Below are positions 42,253 to 46,856 of a DNA stretch of 46,856 nt, piece by piece. The stretch's first letter is position 1. Each line of letters begins with the position of its first letter. This stretch comes from a phage. Location of the stretch: the sequence record PZ379178.1; one strand, given 5' to 3'. Both the position numbers and the translations under genes were made by a program. The notes under the pieces are model-generated. The model did not search any database. It was not told the origin of the DNA and was given only the letters and a program-made list of their open reading frames with translations.

Positions 42253-44778
42253 TTGAAGCGCCATCCTTGAGTTGGTAAATATTAAAGCGTCTCTTTGGTT
42301 ATCGAACTCTACAACGAAGTAATCAGCAAGACTTAATACCATACCAGGTAGCCCATTAAGGTTGATATGCAGGTTTGCAGTGCCAGAGACTGAAGCCTGA
42401 GCAACTCCAAATGTGTGAACCCACTTACCGCCCTCAGTGAATACCTTCCCTAAAGATGCACTACCAAAAATACTGATAACACCATCAGCACCACCTTGAA
42501 TTCTGTTTGCAGAGATACCCCAAACATACCATTTGCCAGCGGTTATATTAAAGACACCATTTATCAATTCGTACTGAGCCGCACCACCCAATTCGTAGTA
42601 TCCAGATGATTGCGAGTGTATACCCCTTGTATCAGAACCTTCACTTGCCGACCCTGTTCCACCAAAGTTGTTCCCACCAGTACCAAAAGGCTTCCTGACT
42701 AAAACAGTTCCGGAATCAGGGTTAAAAACTCGACCTTTAGTAACATATCCTCTAACAGATAAGTCAGATGTACCCGTTATCTTGGCTGTCTGTGATACCA
42801 GTGACTCAACTATAACGTTTGATGTTGAAGAGCCATTCAGGTATGCATCCTTAGCAAAAATAATACTGTTTGAATCAAGAGAGAAACTTTGATGCCCGTC
42901 AGCGTTATCAAACCTGCAACCGTAAGTAATAAGGTTTGAGTTCGACAACTCAATGTTATTAATGTAGGAATGCTCAGCAAAGAAAACAGACGTATCGATG
43001 AGCTTCAAAACCCTTGGGAGTTCAGCTCCCTCACCTACGTTAATTGCCCCACCAGTTGCTATCGCTTCAAACCATACGTTAGACAATCCGCAAGGTGATG
43101 TTGGGCAATCTCCAGGTTTATTCTTTAACCTTATACCGCCGCCAGCAGAGGCCTCCATTATTGAATCCCTAATCCACCACCCACCAATTCCTCCAGCGCC
43201 AGGGTTCGTTGCGCTACTTGTGCTTGTCGCATCTAGCATTACTGAATATTGAGAGATTGTATCTGAGTGGTATCCGTATAAAGTGTCCGCTCCTATATGC
43301 ATTTCGTCATGAGCTTTTGCTCGATACCCGTAATTCGCATTTCTAATACTTACGTTTCTGTAGGTATTTCCAATGTTGCCAGCATTTTTCCTTATACCAA
43401 CATCCAGGTCATTGAAGTAAAGCCTATCCAATACAACCCTTCCAGCATAAGGGCCATCCGGGAATTGAAAGCCGTTATTACCTTGTATTGCAGTACCTGT
43501 AAACTGCAAATCCGATAAATGCTTTTGCCTCCAGTGCGGAACCGATAGCGTTGAGGTGAGTCCGGTTTCAAAAGGTTTAACACTTATTACGGTATTATAT
43601 CCAGAGCCTGATATGTTCCTGCCAGCAAAGGAGTAGTTATTACTCTCATAAGTTCCCGGGCTTATAACTACCGACCCGCCATCGCCAGCGGCTTCTATTG
43701 CTGAAGATATTGAGCCGCTATAGCTTGATGTGCTTTTTGAATCTGTATTTAAAATTGATGATAATTCGCTCTTTGAGTAAACATCAAGGTTGGTTCTTGC
43801 TTCTGCTTTATCTGCAACATCAGATAAATTCAATGATTTTTGAAAAGTCTCATTTTTTGAGTAAACATCAAGCAAGCCTCTTACTCGCTGGGCGCTAGCG
43901 CCGCCAACCTTACTTCCTGATGCGACATAAAGAGCCTCTCTTGAATAGTAAGTTTTGTTTGGTGCCGTGCCAGTCTGAGTTAAATCAATCAACCTGTACG
44001 TATTATCGGATCCGGTTGATGCTGACACTTGTATGTTCTTAACACCAGTAATCCCCCTTGATGACTTAACCTCAATCGCACAAAGCGTGCTATCGGAGTA
44101 GGTTATATTTATCACCTCTGGAGCGTTGATCATTGCTGACTTTTGGCATAGGTATCTAGCTCCTGATTTGAAATCAAACGTATTCCAGTCAAGTTCTGTC
44201 AACTGAGGTGTAAACGAGCCACCGATACCCATATTGGCAAGAGTTACCATTGTGCCAGCATCACCAGCACTATTAATTGCCTCAATAGTAGCATCTCTCG
44301 CTGATGTGGTTGTATCCCTTGCGCTAACGGCAGTAGCGGCGCTCTCTGCGGCAGCAATCTGGCTAGCTAAAGACTCGGCAGCCCCTGTTACTGATTGGTT
44401 TGCTAATTGCTCGAAGCGAGGCCAATCGAAATTATCTTGCCCGATAAATTGCAGCAAACTTTCAATAGAAGTCTCCTTTGACTGATAGTAACGCAGAGTC
44501 TCAGCAACATCCTGAGCTAAACCCTGAACGGTAATGCCATCGTGAGCAAGAATCGCGTAACCAGTTCCGGCAGGAACAGTTTCAGAATTAGGGTTGTAAA
44601 CATTAATCTGAGTGTCGCTGATGATTTCAGAGATGGTATAAATTTTAAGTGGACTGGTTTTAAAAATAATGGTTGCACCTACACGAATAAGTGTAAGTGG
44701 TGCTTTCCATGTTGTCCGGACGCCAGTAACCTCGCCATTTGCGGCTAGCGACGCTGTTCCTAAGTCATAAATTGCCAT
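42250..44778 (-). CDS. Tail fiber / tailspike-like protein
   Basis: About 842 aa; central region with repetitive Asn/Gly/Ser-rich beta-helix-like segments; start ATG 44778 preferred over GTG 44808. Confidence 0.6.
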   Translation of the reverse strand: MAIYDLGTASLAANGEVTGVRTTWKAPLTLIRVGATIIFKTSPLKIYTISEIISDTQINVYNPNSETVPAGTGYAILAHDGITVQGLAQDVAETLRYYQSKETSIESLLQFIGQDNFDWPRFEQLANQSVTGAAESLASQIAAAESAATAVSARDTTTSARDATIEAINSAGDAGTMVTLANMGIGGSFTPQLTELDWNTFDFKSGARYLCQKSAMINAPEVINITYSDSTLCAIEVKSSRGITGVKNIQVSASTGSDNTYRLIDLTQTGTAPNKTYYSREALYVASGSKVGGASAQRVRGLLDVYSKNETFQKSLNLSDVADKAEARTNLDVYSKSELSSILNTDSKSTSSYSGSISSAIEAAGDGGSVVISPGTYESNNYSFAGRNISGSGYNTVISVKPFETGLTSTLSVPHWRQKHLSDLQFTGTAIQGNNGFQFPDGPYAGRVVLDRLYFNDLDVGIRKNAGNIGNTYRNVSIRNANYGYRAKAHDEMHIGADTLYGYHSDTISQYSVMLDATSTSSATNPGAGGIGGWWIRDSIMEASAGGGIRLKNKPGDCPTSPCGLSNVWFEAIATGGAINVGEGAELPRVLKLIDTSVFFAEHSYINNIELSNSNLITYGCRFDNADGHQSFSLDSNSIIFAKDAYLNGSSTSNVIVESLVSQTAKITGTSDLSVRGYVTKGRVFNPDSGTVLVRKPFGTGGNNFGGTGSASEGSDTRGIHSQSSGYYELGGAAQYELINGVFNITAGKWYVWGISANRIQGGADGVISIFGSASLGKVFTEGGKWVHTFGVAQASVSGTANLHINLNGLPGMVLSLADYFVVEFDNQRDALIFTNSRMALQ

Positions 44779-44802
44779 TGTGTAAAGTCTCCATTTGTAA
44801 AG

Positions 44803-44819
44803 TAGCACTAATTGCTAAA
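44803..44819. promoter_or_regulatory. Isolated box copy TAGCACTAATTGCTAAA with ambiguous orientation
   Basis: Box overlaps tail fiber 5-prime region (start 44778, minus) and lies beside primase terminator hairpin 44853-44866; no downstream leader on plus strand. Confidence 0.35.
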
Positions 44820-44843
44820 GTGGATTGTATCATCTTTCAGGTA

Positions 44844-44866
44844 TAAAAAAACCTCCCGAAGGAGGT
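44844..44866 (-). terminator. Rho-independent terminator after primase gene (minus strand)
   Basis: CCTCC-CGAA-GGAGG with A7 on plus strand (T-run on minus). Confidence 0.55.
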
Positions 44867-45792
44867 TAGTCTAGTAATTCGTTTGCCTTGTATATTCTCT
44901 TTCTTATGCCTGACTTGAAAAAATTACCATCATTTGGAATTACAATATCAAGATTGCGATCGTCAGCAACGGCAAGTAAATCAAAAGAGTTGCGAGTACA
45001 AGCGACGCGTAACTTGTAGTTCCTAAGCGCATAAGCAACCATTTCCATGTTGTAGCTGGAGTGGCAAACAAGCACGCAGCGATTTCCAGTAGCAAGATGA
45101 ACGCGAACACCATCAATCCAATTATCGACCAGATAAGCGTACTCATCATCTTTAAAGGTGCCAATAATAGAAACAGACTGGCGAGTATAATCTTTTGCAG
45201 CATAGCTAACATCTCCATCTTCATTGATAAACATTACATTGCACATATCATCTGATATGCCGTCACTATAAGCCATAAAGCACGGTACTGCGTGTATTAG
45301 TTCGCCTGATTTCGTCCTGCCAACATCAAAACCAAATTCGCTATAGATACCCTCGTATGTACTTAGCGGAGTTAATTCTACTCTTTCCGTCCTTTCCATT
45401 ATCTCTAAGCATCTTTCGTGATCAATCTTGGCGCCCATTTTGTATGGTGATGTACGAGATGCTCTTTTGTTTGCTTTTGATATAACCTCTACTGGAACGA
45501 GATTCAGCCAATCACCAAGCGTATCTATTGTTTCGCTATAACTCATTCCCGAGCATTTCATAACCCAGCCAACACCAGAATCATTTCCGCACTGGTTGCA
45601 TATTGCTGCGCCATTTCCCTTTTCCTGACCTAACTCATCAGTGAAGCGAAACCTATCCCTGCCAAAGCAGTAAGGGCACGGACCATGTTTCTTGCTGAGA
45701 TTCTCCTTTGTCCATCCAAGGTTCGATGAGTAGAATTCGCCCCACATTCCCTTCATTTTTGCTATCACTTCGCTCTTATCATGGTGACTCAT
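44866..45792 (-). CDS. DNA primase-like protein (zinc-binding domain)
   Basis: N-terminal CPYC-x17-CNQC zinc-ribbon; start 45792 with GGAGG SD; promoter box upstream (45844-45860). Confidence 0.5.
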   Translation of the reverse strand: MSHHDKSEVIAKMKGMWGEFYSSNLGWTKENLSKKHGPCPYCFGRDRFRFTDELGQEKGNGAAICNQCGNDSGVGWVMKCSGMSYSETIDTLGDWLNLVPVEVISKANKRASRTSPYKMGAKIDHERCLEIMERTERVELTPLSTYEGIYSEFGFDVGRTKSGELIHAVPCFMAYSDGISDDMCNVMFINEDGDVSYAAKDYTRQSVSIIGTFKDDEYAYLVDNWIDGVRVHLATGNRCVLVCHSSYNMEMVAYALRNYKLRVACTRNSFDLLAVADDRNLDIVIPNDGNFFKSGIRKRIYKANELLD

Positions 45793-45860
45793 AGTTACCT
45801 CCATAAACAATAAAGGCACTATACACAATGTATAGCGCCACTGTTTATCAATTCGTGCTA
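45793..45860 (-). promoter_or_regulatory. Box-hairpin-leader cassette (minus orientation)
   Basis: Reverse-complement box TAGCACGAATTGATAAA (45844-45860), palindrome CTATACATTGTGTATAG, GGAGG SD; precedes primase ATG 45792. Confidence 0.5.
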
Positions 45861-46340
45861 TTTCCCTTGCTCTTTATCTTTTCGTGCTGCTTCGTTAGCG
45901 GCCTTAATCTTGCGCCATGAGCGACACTCTGGTTTAGTTGCTAGCTCAGCCTCAGTAACAACACGCAGCATATGACGCTTCTTGCAACGTAGAGTTAGCG
46001 GTTTCCCGTTACCGTCGAATTGCAGATCTGGTCGGCAGAATGTAGCGCGAAAACCTTCTCCATTTCGCTTATAGTAGTTGTGCGACAACTGAGCGCCACG
46101 CGCAGAAATCATCCCGCGATCAAACCATTGCTCTACAGTCTGGTGAGATACATTTAACTGCTTGGCGATATTGGCCTTCGTGCCGTAGAAATCAAGAACC
46201 ATCTCCAGACGAGCTCGTAGCCCAGCCTTTACTTCATCTTTCAATACGTAGTAGCCTGACGGTCGTTTGCGCTGTTTCTTGTCTTGCGTGCGGATGGTTC
46301 CGTTATTGCCGTTGATAGTTCGCTTGTCAATTTCACACAT
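45858..46340 (-). CDS. HTH-type DNA-binding protein (putative regulator)
   Basis: 160 aa, basic; TKANIAKQLNVSHQTVEQW resembles helix-turn-helix. Confidence 0.45.
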   Translation of the reverse strand: MCEIDKRTINGNNGTIRTQDKKQRKRPSGYYVLKDEVKAGLRARLEMVLDFYGTKANIAKQLNVSHQTVEQWFDRGMISARGAQLSHNYYKRNGEGFRATFCRPDLQFDGNGKPLTLRCKKRHMLRVVTEAELATKPECRSWRKIKAANEAARKDKEQGK

Positions 46341-46363
46341 CTCATTACCTCAATAGCACTTTT

Positions 46364-46436
46364 TGTTAAACAATAGGTTCGATAATTGCTATTATACAGC
46401 AATGCAACGAACTAACAAACTGTAAGGGTATTTAAA
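46364..46436 (+). promoter_or_regulatory. Box cassette, variant box
   Basis: Box TAGCACTTTTTGTTAAA 46364-46380, TATTAT, leader CAATGCAACGAAC; precedes helicase ATG 46437. Confidence 0.45.
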
Positions 46437-46856
46437 ATGCTTCCAGTAGAGCGCTTAGTGGCGAACTTTGATAAAGAGAAAATTAAACAGATTCAGAAAG
46501 ATTACCAGTTTGGAGACATAACGCCTTACGAATTCCAGTGCGTGACATTTGACGCAATCGGTAAGGCTATTGGCAAGTACGAAGCGCCATTCATCGCAGA
46601 CCTGTCGGTGTCTGCTGGTAAGACAATTATACTCGCCATGATTGGGAAACGAATGGAACAGCTTGGCCTTCCTTACATGGTCCTATCTCGCCAGTCAGAG
46701 ATTATCAGCCAGAACGCAGAGGAACTTCGTAATTTCGGCATCCGTAATAGCGTCTATTGCGCTGGCCTTAACGTTAAATCAGTTTACTACCCAACCATAG
46801 TGGCTAGCGAGGGTACGGCTGCCAACGGCTTATTTAAGGGGCTTGGTGACTATGTT
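46437..46856 (+). CDS. Helicase N-fragment, 5-prime part (runs off window end, continues at nt 1)
   Basis: ATG 46437 is 73 nt downstream of promoter box 46364; Walker A SVSAGKT; 140 complete codons to window end, in frame with nt 1 ORF. Confidence 0.6.
   Translation, partial: MLPVERLVANFDKEKIKQIQKDYQFGDITPYEFQCVTFDAIGKAIGKYEAPFIADLSVSAGKTIILAMIGKRMEQLGLPYMVLSRQSEIISQNAEELRNFGIRNSVYCAGLNVKSVYYPTIVASEGTAANGLFKGLGDYV

Overview
The window reads as a complete, circularly permuted ~46.9-kb genome of a virulent siphovirus: the ORF running off the 3-prime end (46437..46856) joins in frame with the ORF at nt 1. The tail module is lambda-like (G/GT chaperone with -1 frameshift, tape measure, M/L/K/I/J-like proteins) and the lysis cassette is T1-like (holin, SAR endolysin, unimolecular spanin), so the overall layout resembles T1-like (Drexlerviridae) coliphages; this assignment is by motif and gene order only, with no database search. 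Gene blocks alternate in strand around the circle, with early and replication genes on both strands and one long plus-strand late block (16688..37300). The most notable content is: (1) a DExH helicase gene interrupted exactly at DE|CH by intein sequence whose two splicing halves are in one frame and whose LAGLIDADG endonuclease is a separate overlapping ORF in another frame, which looks like a fractured gene with a split intein; (2) about 18 copies of a fixed-architecture cassette (box TAGCAC-N4-TTGCTAAA, short hairpin, -10-like hexamer, leader CATCGAAACGAGAGG) sitting about 72-81 nt upstream of start codons on both strands; (3) two long divergent intergenic regions that share a near-identical AT-rich (TTA)n element and carry iteron-like repeats, which are candidate origins or bidirectional control regions; (4) a tRNA-Arg(CCU); (5) an SSB with a 20-glutamine tract; (6) three homing-endonuclease genes; (7) moron-like small genes inside the structural module; and (8) a lipoprotein (Cor-like) operon with an unknown 323-aa protein. 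No integrase, repressor or CRISPR array was recognised. Functional calls rest on short motifs and position and should be treated as provisional.
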